Source: Bdellovibrionales bacterium (GTDB lineage Bacteria > Bdellovibrionota > UBA1018). From it: a stretch of DNA of 64,000 bases. The notes beneath the pieces were generated by a model. That model ran no database searches and was not told the origin of the DNA. It was given only the letters and a program-made list of their open reading frames with translations. The position numbers were made by a program, and so were the translations under genes. Location of the stretch: positions 10,557 to 74,556 of the forward strand of contig CANCQK010000002.1 in assembly GCA_947380295.1 (NCBI GenBank), written 5' to 3'. Shown here in pieces: positions 38,830 to 48,450 of this stretch; positions within the stretch are counted from its first letter, which is position 1, and the number at the start of each line of letters is the position of its first letter.

Positions 38830-39210
38830 TTAAGATTGCTCCCAATCGCCGATCGTAAATGCTGCCCCACCTTCGAGGTGGGCTACAGGGGGATGCTCTT
38901 TATTTGCGCAAACTCGGAGGAGGTGATCTTTTGGTAAAAGCTCTCGGAGAGCTTCATAGACATCCCAGCCGACTTTTTCGATGAGTTGGTATTCGCATCG
39001 ATCACAGACTTCTTTTATTTTCTGGCTGAGTTCTGCATAACAGACCGTTTGCTCCAAAACGTCTGATTTGCAACCATAAGGGGCAACGGGGAAGCGGACC
39101 TGAACATCAAAGCTCACATATTGGGGAACGCGGCGTTCTTCGGCGCTGCATCCTAAATGCACGAGGAGTCTGAGTTGGTGCAGTGAGAGTTGCGTTGAAG
39201 GTGACTTCAT
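38830..39210 (-). CDS. folB: dihydroneopterin aldolase
   Basis: LHQLRLLVHLGCSAEERRVPQYVSFDVQV. Upstream of folK-folP on the same strand. Confidence 0.7.
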   Translation of the reverse strand: MKSPSTQLSLHQLRLLVHLGCSAEERRVPQYVSFDVQVRFPVAPYGCKSDVLEQTVCYAELSQKIKEVCDRCEYQLIEKVGWDVYEALRELLPKDHLLRVCANKEHPPVAHLEGGAAFTIGDWEQS

Positions 39211-39328
39211 TTTACTTCGACGCTCTGAATGGTTGGCATAGCAGTTCATATCGTCGAGTTAAGTAAAACAGTCAAGAAAAATCAGTGACTCCAGGAGGAC
39301 TGGCTTGAATTGTGTAACCTCCTGATTT

Positions 39329-40516
39329 GTGGAACTCGATCAAATCTCTCATTTCATGAATCTGAGCCTCTCCTGGCCTCAAGATCAATCGGCCTTGTCC
39401 GACATTGCAGATCAAATCGCTCGGCTCTTTGCATCACCGGTTGCAGTCGTTCTGGCTCATCTGCCCCGAGAACTCGAAGGGTACAAGATCGCATCCGAAA
39501 TGAATCTCTCACCTGTCGAAAGTGACGGACTCATTCATTTTGTAAAAAGCTGCACCAAAAAGGTGAACTCGGATCTCTATCGAGTGAGGCGTATTCAGCT
39601 CGCTTCACCCGTTGGGGTCCTAGTTCAAAATCTGACCTATGTCCATTTTGGTGAGCTCAAGGCCTCCGGCCCAGTAGCTTATGGCACCGTCATCCTCGGT
39701 ACTACTAAACCCATCGGCGCTCGAGAAGAGTTGGCTCTTTTGGTGGTCGTGCAGCGCCTGGGTGAACTGGCCCGCGTGTCCGAGCTGCAGGAGGAAATTC
39801 ATTTGCAGAGTCAATTTCTCTCCATAGCGAGTCATGAGCTCAAAACTCCTCTCACATCGATCTATGGGATTTTGCAACTTCAAGCCCGAATGCTTAAGGC
39901 GGCAAAAAACGGGCAGGTGTTGTCAGATCAAGACCGGTATGATCACTTTTTAAAAATGAACATTCGTCAAGTCGAGCGATTGAACGAACTGATTGACGGC
40001 CTCTTGGATGTATCAAGGATTCAGAATGGTCGATTTGTAGTTGAGCCGAGCGAAACCCAAATTGTTCAAATCCTGCAAGACTGCATTCAGTCCCGCCTTC
40101 AAGTGATTGCGCAAGAAGCGGGGGTTTCCATTCAGTTGGACTCGCCCCAGTCTCTGGTTGCTTGGGTCGATCCCGTTCGCTTCGAAGAGTTGGTGACCAA
40201 CTTGGTGATGAATGCAATTCGCTTTTCACCTGAGGGAGGAGTGGTCTGGGTTAGGCTTAAAGAAGAATCTGTAGGGTTTCGATTTACGGTGAGAGATCAA
40301 GGGCCCAGTGTGCCCGATGAGGATCGTGAGCGTATTTTTCAGCCGTTTGAGCGAGCTCAGCGGACTAGTCGTTTGGGCGGCCTCGGCTTAGGCCTTTTCA
40401 TTTCTCGACAGATCGCCCAGCTTCACGGAGGAAACGTGAGCCTGATTGAGAGCGTTCCGGGGAAGGGTAACGCCTTCGAGGCCTACTTTCCAATTCGAAA
40501 CCCCCGAGCCGTCTAA
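39329..40516 (+). CDS. cytoplasmic sensor histidine kinase (HisKA plus HATPase_c); no adjacent response regulator
   Basis: H-box SIASHELKTPLTSI. G-boxes DQGPSVP and GGLGLGLFISRQI. No transmembrane segment. Confidence 0.8.
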   Translation: MELDQISHFMNLSLSWPQDQSALSDIADQIARLFASPVAVVLAHLPRELEGYKIASEMNLSPVESDGLIHFVKSCTKKVNSDLYRVRRIQLASPVGVLVQNLTYVHFGELKASGPVAYGTVILGTTKPIGAREELALLVVVQRLGELARVSELQEEIHLQSQFLSIASHELKTPLTSIYGILQLQARMLKAAKNGQVLSDQDRYDHFLKMNIRQVERLNELIDGLLDVSRIQNGRFVVEPSETQIVQILQDCIQSRLQVIAQEAGVSIQLDSPQSLVAWVDPVRFEELVTNLVMNAIRFSPEGGVVWVRLKEESVGFRFTVRDQGPSVPDEDRERIFQPFERAQRTSRLGGLGLGLFISRQIAQLHGGNVSLIESVPGKGNAFEAYFPIRNPRAV

Positions 40517-41408
40517 GTTTCCTGTCATGCACCTGCGCCGTTTCAACCCACTCGGCCCATTCTCCAGTTGGGTATCGAATGATAGGAGTGCAGCTTCTGA
40601 AGAGTTGAGTGGTGATGACTTTTCCCGGTTTTCCAACTTCTTGAATCAGTTTTTTAGTCAAAGGATCGATTAACTCAATCCAGGTTGCTTCGCTAAAAAT
40701 TCGAAACTCCTGAGGCGAACAACTCCAATCCGAGTAACCTATGAGCCCAATTCTGGGCATGACAAAACCAATAGAACGAATTTGGGCTCGAGGAAAAAGT
40801 TTGGCGAGAGTCGTAAACGTCTTCTGATCAATGCACTCTGCCCCGAATAGAATTTGATCGACCTTGCAGCCGATTGTAGTTTCTGATGCACTCATTCTTG
40901 AGCAGTAACTTGCCAGTCGTCTTAGAGTTGAGAGTGGAGCTGCCAGAACGTTGATTTCAAAGCGACCTAGGTGAGCTAAGATTTCAGCATCCTGAACGGC
41001 TCCTGTGAGCGGTAAATGGAGAACCTCCAGGGTTGAGTGATGAAGTGACTCACTGAGAAGTAAAAAGTCTCCGTTTAAATGAGCAGCATCAAAAAGATTA
41101 GCGACTCGATCACCTCTTTTGAGCGTCCCAGCGGCCAATCCGCGAGCGAATATTCGCACCATTAAGTTCCATTCCTGTTTTGAGTAAATGGAATAGCGGC
41201 CATTTTTAGGTGCTTTTTGATCTTTTAAAATAATCCCATCCGGTGGAATTTGATGAGGTCTGAATTTCCAAAGCTCAGCTGGGTCTGAGATGGGAAGTTC
41301 AGATAAATCATTAACTTGATTTGGAATGTCTTTATATAGATTTAAATAGTATTGAGACGAGCTTCTTGCTGTCTGTACCAATTCACGCAATTTAGAGTCA
41401 AAAATCAT
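40398..41408 (-). CDS. PaaK / coenzyme F390 synthetase-like adenylate-forming family protein (divergent, P-loop not recognisable)
   Basis: The central region parallels PaaK (WNLMVRIFARGLAAGTLKRGDRV versus W..L.ARS..AAG...GD.V). It lacks the SSGTTG loop. Its 3' end overlaps the kinase gene by 119 nt. Confidence 0.4.
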   Translation of the reverse strand: MIFDSKLRELVQTARSSSQYYLNLYKDIPNQVNDLSELPISDPAELWKFRPHQIPPDGIILKDQKAPKNGRYSIYSKQEWNLMVRIFARGLAAGTLKRGDRVANLFDAAHLNGDFLLLSESLHHSTLEVLHLPLTGAVQDAEILAHLGRFEINVLAAPLSTLRRLASYCSRMSASETTIGCKVDQILFGAECIDQKTFTTLAKLFPRAQIRSIGFVMPRIGLIGYSDWSCSPQEFRIFSEATWIELIDPLTKKLIQEVGKPGKVITTQLFRSCTPIIRYPTGEWAEWVETAQVHDRKLRRLGGFELESRPRRRYPSPERSQSGSRFLREAGRSVEK

Positions 41409-41549
41409 CTTAAATGCCCCACCTTAGTGAGCTTCTAACTCGCTTTGTGTTTAATTCTCAAGAGGTATTCCAAACTGAAAAAACAGGCCCGTCAGTTGCA
41501 AGTTGGGTTCACTTAAAGTTGCAACTTCTGAGAGAGGCGGTTATCAAAA

Positions 41550-42671
41550 ATGGGTCGCTCGCCCACTGGACTTACGGTCGCTAAAATTCATGGTGTAAAG
41601 TTAAAAATTCACTTCAGTCTCGTGTTTCTGCTCGTTTACATTGTCTTTGTTGCGAGCGCGCAGTTTCCTTATATCGTAGGTCAATCCGGACTTGATGTAA
41701 GTGCCATCTCCTCGAATCCATTAGCTTGGGGTCTTACTTTTGCTATTGGACTTTTTGTGTCAGTGGTAGTGCATGAATTTGGTCACGTACTGGTCGCTCA
41801 ATCCATGGGGGTCAAAGTTTCTGGAGTGACCTTGATGATGCTAGGCGGTGTTTCCGAGATGGAAAAAATTCCAGAAAAACCGTTCGCTGAATTTAAGGTC
41901 TCCATTGTAGGTCCCTTAGTTAGTTTCGCAATTGCGGGAGTACTTTTTGCCTTGAGTAAAATCGTTTCAATCCCAAATATTCAATTCTTCTCCTACTGGC
42001 TTTCTAGGGCCAATTTAGTCTTAGGGATCTTTAACCTGCTCCCTGCGTTTCCGCTGGATGGTGGGCGAGTGTTTCGCTCGCTCTTAGCGGCTCGACAGGG
42101 CGAGGCTCAAGCGACAGCTACGACGGTTTCTCTAGCTAAGGCGCTGGCATGGACATTGGGCATCCTGGGTTTTTTTCAATTCAATATGATTCTCATGCTG
42201 ATCGCTCTCTTTATCTACTCCGCAGCGAGTAGTGAGCTGATGCTCTCGGAGAGTAAAGGTCTGATTCACGGAATTACTGTGGGCGATGTAGGGGTCCGAG
42301 TTCCGGTAGTCTCTGAGGAGGCCTCTCTTAAGGAAGCGGCTTCGCTCATGTTTCAGACCAGGAGTCGTGTCCTACCTGTTAAATCTGCCGACGGCATTCC
42401 AATGTTGGTCACGTTGAAACAGCTGAGGCGAGTTCCCCGAAATGCATGGAGCGAAATCCGGGTGAAGGATCTCATGATGCCCGCCCCTCAAACTCCAGAA
42501 AGCAGCGTCTTATTGGAAGAAATTCTGCCGGAGCTTGCGTCCGCCGAGACACTCCCTTTTGTTGAGAATGGAGCCATCGCAGGGGTCGTTCGCTATCAGG
42601 ATCTAGCTGATTTGGTTGACTTTCGCGGTTTAGACGAGCGTTTTGCCGAAGAGCCCAAGAAGGCAATCTAA
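41550..42671 (+). CDS. M50 (site-2 protease) family zinc metalloprotease with a C-terminal CBS pair
   Basis: HEFGHVLVAQSMG in a transmembrane helix; LLPAFPLDGGRV; C-terminal CBS-like repeats. Confidence 0.8.
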   Translation: MGRSPTGLTVAKIHGVKLKIHFSLVFLLVYIVFVASAQFPYIVGQSGLDVSAISSNPLAWGLTFAIGLFVSVVVHEFGHVLVAQSMGVKVSGVTLMMLGGVSEMEKIPEKPFAEFKVSIVGPLVSFAIAGVLFALSKIVSIPNIQFFSYWLSRANLVLGIFNLLPAFPLDGGRVFRSLLAARQGEAQATATTVSLAKALAWTLGILGFFQFNMILMLIALFIYSAASSELMLSESKGLIHGITVGDVGVRVPVVSEEASLKEAASLMFQTRSRVLPVKSADGIPMLVTLKQLRRVPRNAWSEIRVKDLMMPAPQTPESSVLLEEILPELASAETLPFVENGAIAGVVRYQDLADLVDFRGLDERFAEEPKKAI

Positions 42672-42723
42672 ATTATGAACTAAAGTAGTGTTAGGATTTA
42701 TTTGCGTTTTATTGGTATCGAAG

Positions 42724-42799
42724 TGGTGAGCCATGATGGATTCGAACCATCGACCCTCACATTAAAAGTGTGATGCTCTACCAGCTGAGCTAATGGCTC
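42724..42799 (-). tRNA. tRNA-Lys (anticodon TTT)
   Basis: Reverse complement: acceptor GAGCCAT/ATGGCTC, D arm GCTC-AGCTGGTA-GAGC, anticodon stem TCACA/TGTGA, loop CTTTTAA, TΨC arm GATGG-TTCGAAT-CCATC, CCA. Confidence 0.8.
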
Positions 42800-42874
42800 C
42801 CGTTCGATATGGGAAACATTCAGGTATCAAAGCTTGAGCAGGGTGGCAAGTCCTGAGTGCAGTTTTTTGTTTTT

Positions 42875-43798
42875 TTACTTTCCGGCGAGGAGTTCACCCA
42901 GGAAAGTCATGTGTTCAGCGTCAAAAAATTGACTCTTGTCCTGAAAAAATCCCTTAAAGGATTCACTGGGGGGGGTTTTCTTGAGCATGGAGTAGCAATC
43001 GAACTGATTGCAAAGACTCAGGATTTGGCTGCTGACATTGAGACTCAGGAGGTTTTTGCGTTCTGGGTAGCCCTTGCACTCAGCGAGTTCCTCGTGCTCA
43101 GAAATTAGGCGAAGGATCGTTGGGGTAACATATTTCTTTGATGAAAGCATTTCCACGGCGCGTTCAGGGTGTTTTTTGTACTCTTTTTGCTGCTGAGGGG
43201 TCATCGAGCTGAGTTCTAGAGATCCTTTGATGCCCAGCTTGGATTTTCCAAGGTCATGAAGCAGAGCTGCCAGAGATAGGTCGCCGATTTCGCGCGGAGG
43301 GATTTTACCTACTTTAAGGGCAAGTGCGGTCGAGAGGGACGAAACGTTAGCGCTGTGTTGGTAGTCATCGAGAGCGACGCCAGCCGAGTCGAGGATCGAT
43401 TTGAGAGTGCCTTTTTCAGAGCCGAGAAAGTCGATAATTTTTCCAACTCGAGCGGTGACTGCTTTGTAGCCCTGTTCGGTTTCTAAATTTCTCTCGGCAT
43501 TTTCTGCGTCAGTGACGAGCGTGTCATACGCCATCTCGCCTTTTTGTTTAAGGTCAATGTTCTTTTGGCTTAGGACGTTGAGTCCATCGTCCAGGTATTT
43601 GATATAAAGCTCTTCTTCTTCTTTTTTTACGAAAAGCTTTTTTACGCCCTTGCTTTTTAATTTTTCAAGTCGAGCACTATCAAAAATTTCTGACTTCTTG
43701 ATATAATGGATTTGCTTGCTTGCAATGTAAATGTAAACATCAAAGAGTACTGTGGCATTTGGACGTAACGTATTTAATCTAATAGGCATATAATCCAT
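42875..43798 (-). CDS. HD-GYP domain protein (probable c-di-GMP phosphodiesterase); start uncertain, ORF open to 43888
   Basis: LAALLHDLGKSKLG (HD) and ECKGYPERK (GYP). Confidence 0.7.
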   Translation of the reverse strand: MDYMPIRLNTLRPNATVLFDVYIYIASKQIHYIKKSEIFDSARLEKLKSKGVKKLFVKKEEEELYIKYLDDGLNVLSQKNIDLKQKGEMAYDTLVTDAENAERNLETEQGYKAVTARVGKIIDFLGSEKGTLKSILDSAGVALDDYQHSANVSSLSTALALKVGKIPPREIGDLSLAALLHDLGKSKLGIKGSLELSSMTPQQQKEYKKHPERAVEMLSSKKYVTPTILRLISEHEELAECKGYPERKNLLSLNVSSQILSLCNQFDCYSMLKKTPPSESFKGFFQDKSQFFDAEHMTFLGELLAGK

Positions 43799-44291
43799 GG
43801 ATAATAGTATTTTAGATGAGTTTAAAACAGAGTCAAAACAAATTCTTTCTGAATTAAAAGACATCGTTGAGATGATGGAAGATGACACAACGTCTCAAGG
43901 AAATGATCATATAGTCCAGTTCGCTCAGCGCATTGATCGAATAATGGGTGCATCACAGACCATTGCGATGTTATTTCCGTTCAATTCTGGGCTGAAAGAA
44001 ATCGGAAAAATTGCCTCTCTCTGTAAGGCTATGGGCTACAAGGTTTCTCAGATCGATGCCCCCGAGCTCGTGCCGCTTTTTGGTGCCTTTTGGGCAGATG
44101 CCATTGAGGCTTTGAGTGAAATCTTAGAGAATCTTGAGAACGCCTCAGAAATTGATCGAATTGTTCAGGGATTGGTTCCTTTAGTGAGAAAACGACTCGA
44201 GTGGCTGTCTTCGAAAATTAAAGCCGCGGCTCCGACTGAGCCAAATGACTCACAGGAACTGAACGACCTTCTTAATACTTTATTTAAGTAA
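43797..44291 (+). CDS. hypothetical small acidic protein (possible degenerate Hpt-like helical protein)
   Basis: FAQRIDRIMGASQTIAM resembles the Hpt H-box consensus but has Asp in place of the His. Weak. Confidence 0.35.
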   Translation: MDNSILDEFKTESKQILSELKDIVEMMEDDTTSQGNDHIVQFAQRIDRIMGASQTIAMLFPFNSGLKEIGKIASLCKAMGYKVSQIDAPELVPLFGAFWADAIEALSEILENLENASEIDRIVQGLVPLVRKRLEWLSSKIKAAAPTEPNDSQELNDLLNTLFK

Positions 44292-44314
44292 AGAATGAGC
44301 TCAGTGCATTCAAC

Positions 44315-45655
44315 TCAGCTAAACCCTTGCTTCACAGCATCTAAAAATGTCACCGTGAAGCGGTCCATTTTTTGGATCTCCTCGGCGATAATCTGATTTC
44401 TTACGACTGATTGATCGATACGAGCTTTTCCGATTCTTAGCACGGTTCGTCGATCAAACTCCTTTGAGAATTGAATCATCTGAGATTCGATTGGGATTTT
44501 TTCGGCAAAAAGACCCTTTGGAAATCCCTTGCCATCAGCTCGTTCGTGGACTGCAAGAAACATAGAACGCATTTTTTCACTGAGGGCGATTTTTCGGTCG
44601 AGGACGACGTCCATGCTGATTTGTGGGAACTTGCTGTAGGCAGTGAGTTCCTCTGGCGTGAATTCCGCCATGCGATCCTCTCGAATCTTCTTGGTGACTT
44701 CAGGAGTTAAAAAGACCATTCCTAAGTCGATTAAAAGCGAAACGAGCATGATTTCATCAATTTTTGAGAAACTGCATTGGAGGGAGAACAGAGAAGCGTA
44801 GGCCGCTATGGCGGGTGCGCGCTCGACCGAGCCAAATTCTCCGATGGTCGAGTTGTTCACGATGTCCCATGCAGAGGAGAACTCGCCTAGAGTTCCAAGA
44901 AGGTCCTGGCAGATTTCTTGGCAGGAGCTTAGAAGCTTCTCGCCCTCACCAAATGAGGCTCGCTCGGTTTGGTCAGTCAGTGTGAGGACGAGATGGGAGT
45001 ACTGTGAATAGAGTGCCATGAACTGAGCACGGCACCGGCGAGCGAGCCCTAGGTTTGTGCGGTCGTTCAGTTCTTCGATATATTTTTTATACAGAGTGGT
45101 TTTAGATCGATGAACGTAGACTTCGCCCACTTCAGCAATCTTTTTTACCTTAGCTTCGTCTGGCACATCGCCGGTAAACATAAATTTAATGAATTTTTTT
45201 CGTTGAGGCATGAGATGAAATAGCTCGAACGGGAGAGCTTTGCCGGGTAAAATGTCAGAGGACTTGAGTGGAAGGTAGGCGGCTCTGAGGACCTGGGTAA
45301 TTGCAAATTCGAGTTTACTCGTGTTGTAAAGTTCGTCCTCTAAAAGAATCAGGTCTGCACCCGATTTTTTCGCAAATGCCGCGACTTCTTTTGGGAGTGA
45401 CTTTGCAACTCCACAGATGACATAGCTGCTCGCATCGACATGCTTTGCGCTCTGAGCGAGTTCTGCAGCCATGTTTGGATTTTTTTCATCTTTTACAAAG
45501 GCTATTAGGACCGATTGCTCGAATTTTGAATCTAGGAATTCGTCAATCGATGCGTAGCTTTTGACTGTGTAGTCAAATTCTTTGGAAATTTCTGTGATTC
45601 GCTGAATGAGTTTTTCGTCCGATGTGACTAGCCCGATATCATACCGATTTGACAT
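44315..45655 (-). CDS. receiver-like N-terminal domain(s) plus a degenerate HD-GYP-type HD domain protein
   Basis: C-terminal HERADGKGFPKGL (an HD...DGxGYP variant). N-terminal CheY-like folds without a clear phospho-acceptor context. Confidence 0.6.
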   Translation of the reverse strand: MSNRYDIGLVTSDEKLIQRITEISKEFDYTVKSYASIDEFLDSKFEQSVLIAFVKDEKNPNMAAELAQSAKHVDASSYVICGVAKSLPKEVAAFAKKSGADLILLEDELYNTSKLEFAITQVLRAAYLPLKSSDILPGKALPFELFHLMPQRKKFIKFMFTGDVPDEAKVKKIAEVGEVYVHRSKTTLYKKYIEELNDRTNLGLARRCRAQFMALYSQYSHLVLTLTDQTERASFGEGEKLLSSCQEICQDLLGTLGEFSSAWDIVNNSTIGEFGSVERAPAIAAYASLFSLQCSFSKIDEIMLVSLLIDLGMVFLTPEVTKKIREDRMAEFTPEELTAYSKFPQISMDVVLDRKIALSEKMRSMFLAVHERADGKGFPKGLFAEKIPIESQMIQFSKEFDRRTVLRIGKARIDQSVVRNQIIAEEIQKMDRFTVTFLDAVKQGFS

Positions 45656-46862
45656 GTTGATCCCCCTGTTGGATCGACTTGAGTCGAATTAAAGTCACCT
45701 CAGATGGGACTAGAAACCGATGGGCTGGTCCCCAGTATCCTGTTCCAGCGTTGACATATACCCACATTTTGCCATGGCGATTGAGACCGCGATAGTATTT
45801 ATGTGCGAGTCGCACGAATATATTCCAGGGAAAAAATTGTCCTGCATGGGTGTGTCCGGAGAGTTGAAGGTCAAAACCCTCAGGCTCTGCTGCAAAACAG
45901 CTATCCGGTCGGTGGGCGAGGAGGACTTTTACGTGACAGGCTTCATCGGTTTGAGCCGCTCTTTTGGGATCAGATAAATGATCGGGAATAAAGTCGTGAG
46001 CACTGGAGTCAGTCACTCCAGCGAGGAGGAGTTTTGAGCCTTGGTGGTGAATGACTCGATTCTCGTTCAGAAGCGGGGTGAAACCTAGTTTCTCTAAAGA
46101 TCTAATCCAGTTTTCTGCTCCCCAGTAGTACTCATGATTCCCTGTGACATAGTAGGTCCCGAGCGGGGCCTTAAGTTTTGCGAGGGGTGCTATGTGTTCA
46201 GTGAGGCGATGGGGGACTCCGTCGATCAAATCGCCAGTGACAGCAATGATGTCGGGTTGAGCACTTAATACTTGATTGACGACTCGTTCTACGAACTCGC
46301 GTCGAATGGTGGGTCCGATGTGGAGATCAGAAATTTGGGCAATTTTGAGTCCCTCGAGTGATGGGGGAAGGTTGGCAATTGGAACGGTGATTTCAGTGAG
46401 CTTTGGTCCTGAGAAGGCTTCAAACAGGCCAAAGCTGGTACTGGCGCCTGCAACCCCTAAGGCGCCTGTGGGTATCCAGGTGAGGAGAAAGTCTCTTCGA
46501 ATCAGATCGGTTTCAAACGGGCTAATTAGTTTTTGAATTCCAAACCAGGACAGGTGGATTAAATCAAATGGGAGCGAAAAGATGAGGAATGAAGCCCAAA
46601 TTCCCATACTGATTGAGCCCGTCCACGCGAGGACTTTAAAAATTGAGGAATCAATGGCGACCTGTGGAGCGCGGTACACAATCTGCCAGCTGATCATGAT
46701 CAAGAAGACTCCCGAAGTGAGAATCCAGGCTAGATTCTTTCGCTGAGGCAGGAACTGCGAGAATTTAAAGCTCGTGTAATAGAACAGGATCACCAGGATG
46801 ATTGGAAAGAGGATGAGTCTGAATTTCATTCTATAGATCGTATCATAATTCTTTCTGTCCAC
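45639..46862 (-). CDS. membrane-anchored calcineurin-like metallophosphoesterase
   Basis: Four N-terminal transmembrane helices. ISDLHIG, GDLIDG, GNHEYY, and GHTH motifs. Confidence 0.8.
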   Translation of the reverse strand: MDRKNYDTIYRMKFRLILFPIILVILFYYTSFKFSQFLPQRKNLAWILTSGVFLIMISWQIVYRAPQVAIDSSIFKVLAWTGSISMGIWASFLIFSLPFDLIHLSWFGIQKLISPFETDLIRRDFLLTWIPTGALGVAGASTSFGLFEAFSGPKLTEITVPIANLPPSLEGLKIAQISDLHIGPTIRREFVERVVNQVLSAQPDIIAVTGDLIDGVPHRLTEHIAPLAKLKAPLGTYYVTGNHEYYWGAENWIRSLEKLGFTPLLNENRVIHHQGSKLLLAGVTDSSAHDFIPDHLSDPKRAAQTDEACHVKVLLAHRPDSCFAAEPEGFDLQLSGHTHAGQFFPWNIFVRLAHKYYRGLNRHGKMWVYVNAGTGYWGPAHRFLVPSEVTLIRLKSIQQGDQHVKSV

Positions 46863-47009
46863 TTAGAGCTTCAACGCGGAGACCCACTCTGCGAGACTCC
46901 CGTCTTTTGCAGTCCGTCTTAATAAGAGGGGGGCGTGAGCTAGCCTCTTAGGCACCCTTTTTGCTCCGGGCTCAAACAGGGTTATTTGCTGGGGAGGAAA
47001 GGGCAATTT

Positions 47010-48365
47010 ATGAATAATTTGTTTGGGACAGATGGGATTCGGGGACGGGCAAACGAGTTTCCACTGGATGGATCAACCTTGATTGGACTAGGAAAGGGAC
47101 TCGTCACTTATCTACTTCGTAGGTACCCCAGAAAGCGACCGCGACTCGTGATTGCTCAGGACCCCAGGCTATCCTCGATCGCAATCGAGTCCTTGCTCGT
47201 CGAAGTAGGAGTTGCGCAGGGTGCTGAGGTTTTTAGGCTGGGGGTGTTACCGACGCCTGCCGTTCCCATTTTGTGCAGTTTTTTGGGCGCTGACTTGGGC
47301 CTGATGATTACTGCGTCGCATAACCCTTACTGGGATAATGGGGTCAAGATTTTTAACGCTCAGGGACTCAAGCTCTCAGAGGCGGATGAAGTTGAACTTT
47401 CCGAGCTCACCCTGAGGGGGCCGTGCGTCGCCTACCGGGCAGATTCACCGAAGCGAACTCATGTTATGCAATATTTAGATGGGGCAAAGCAGTATCGGCA
47501 GGCGCTTCTTCGATCGCTTCAGACGGGCATTGACTGTTCAGGTTATAGAGTGGCGGTAGACAGTGCGAATGGAGCTGCTTCGAATTTGCTAGGGCCAGTT
47601 TTTGAGTGGCTTGGGGTGCAGTTGATTGCTCAGAGTCATGCTCCAGACGGAACTAACATCAACGATCAATGTGGTGCTCTCTATCCTGAGTTTCTTGCGC
47701 AGATGGTCGTGGAAGAACGAGCTCATCTTGGGTTTGCGCTGGACGGAGATGGCGATCGCTGCGTGCTCATTGATGAGAAGGGGAGTGTTCTTGCCGGAGA
47801 TGAGGTTCTTGGGATCTGTGCGCTTGATTTGAAGGCGCGGGGAGCATGCGATGACGTTATTGTTTCTACGGTTTTGGCTAACGTCGGACTGGAGATGACT
47901 CTTTTTGAGAATGGAATTTCTCTAGTGCGCACCCCGGTCGGGGATAAAAATGTAGTTTCTGAGATGGTGAAAAGATCCTCTCGCCTGGGTGGGGAGTCCT
48001 CAGGACATTTCATTTTTCTTGATCATAGCACTACTGGAGATGGAGTCTTGTCTGGAATTCAAGTTTTGCAGGTCATGGCTAGGACGCGAAAGCCTCTCTC
48101 AGAATTGAGAAAGGCAATTCGGCTTTTACCGCAGATCATGGTGAACGTCCCTGTAAAAAGGAAAGACCCATTTTCAAATCATAATGAAATTTTGGAGGTG
48201 ATCTCTTCGGTAGAGTCAGCACTTCAAAATCGAGGTCGAGTTTTAGTCAGATATTCAGGGACGGAGTCTGTCGCTCGGGTCATGCTCGAGGGCGAAGATA
48301 AAAATTGTATTAGAGTGTTTTGTGACGATATTGCAGCGACTTTAGCTAGATGTTTGAGTGAGTAG
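47010..48365 (+). CDS. glmM: phosphoglucosamine mutase
   Basis: LFGTDGIRG and the active-site TASHNPYWDNGVKIF. Confidence 0.9.
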   Translation: MNNLFGTDGIRGRANEFPLDGSTLIGLGKGLVTYLLRRYPRKRPRLVIAQDPRLSSIAIESLLVEVGVAQGAEVFRLGVLPTPAVPILCSFLGADLGLMITASHNPYWDNGVKIFNAQGLKLSEADEVELSELTLRGPCVAYRADSPKRTHVMQYLDGAKQYRQALLRSLQTGIDCSGYRVAVDSANGAASNLLGPVFEWLGVQLIAQSHAPDGTNINDQCGALYPEFLAQMVVEERAHLGFALDGDGDRCVLIDEKGSVLAGDEVLGICALDLKARGACDDVIVSTVLANVGLEMTLFENGISLVRTPVGDKNVVSEMVKRSSRLGGESSGHFIFLDHSTTGDGVLSGIQVLQVMARTRKPLSELRKAIRLLPQIMVNVPVKRKDPFSNHNEILEVISSVESALQNRGRVLVRYSGTESVARVMLEGEDKNCIRVFCDDIAATLARCLSE

Positions 48366-48450
48366 ATATTCTTATTAGATATCCCTAATGTAAGAAGAGT
48401 AGATTTTATGAAAGTCGTCTGCTAGTTACTCAAGTTGGGGATATAAAATC

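Noticed and set aside
41409-41549. Direct repeat agttgcaa (x2, 15-nt spacing) upstream of the M50 protease gene
   Set aside because: Only 8 nt and it occurs twice. Could be chance; no supporting regulator gene nearby.
46863-46985. Possible structured leader or riboswitch upstream of glmM
   Set aside because: glmS-type ribozymes belong to glmS, not glmM. Only imperfect short stems were seen.
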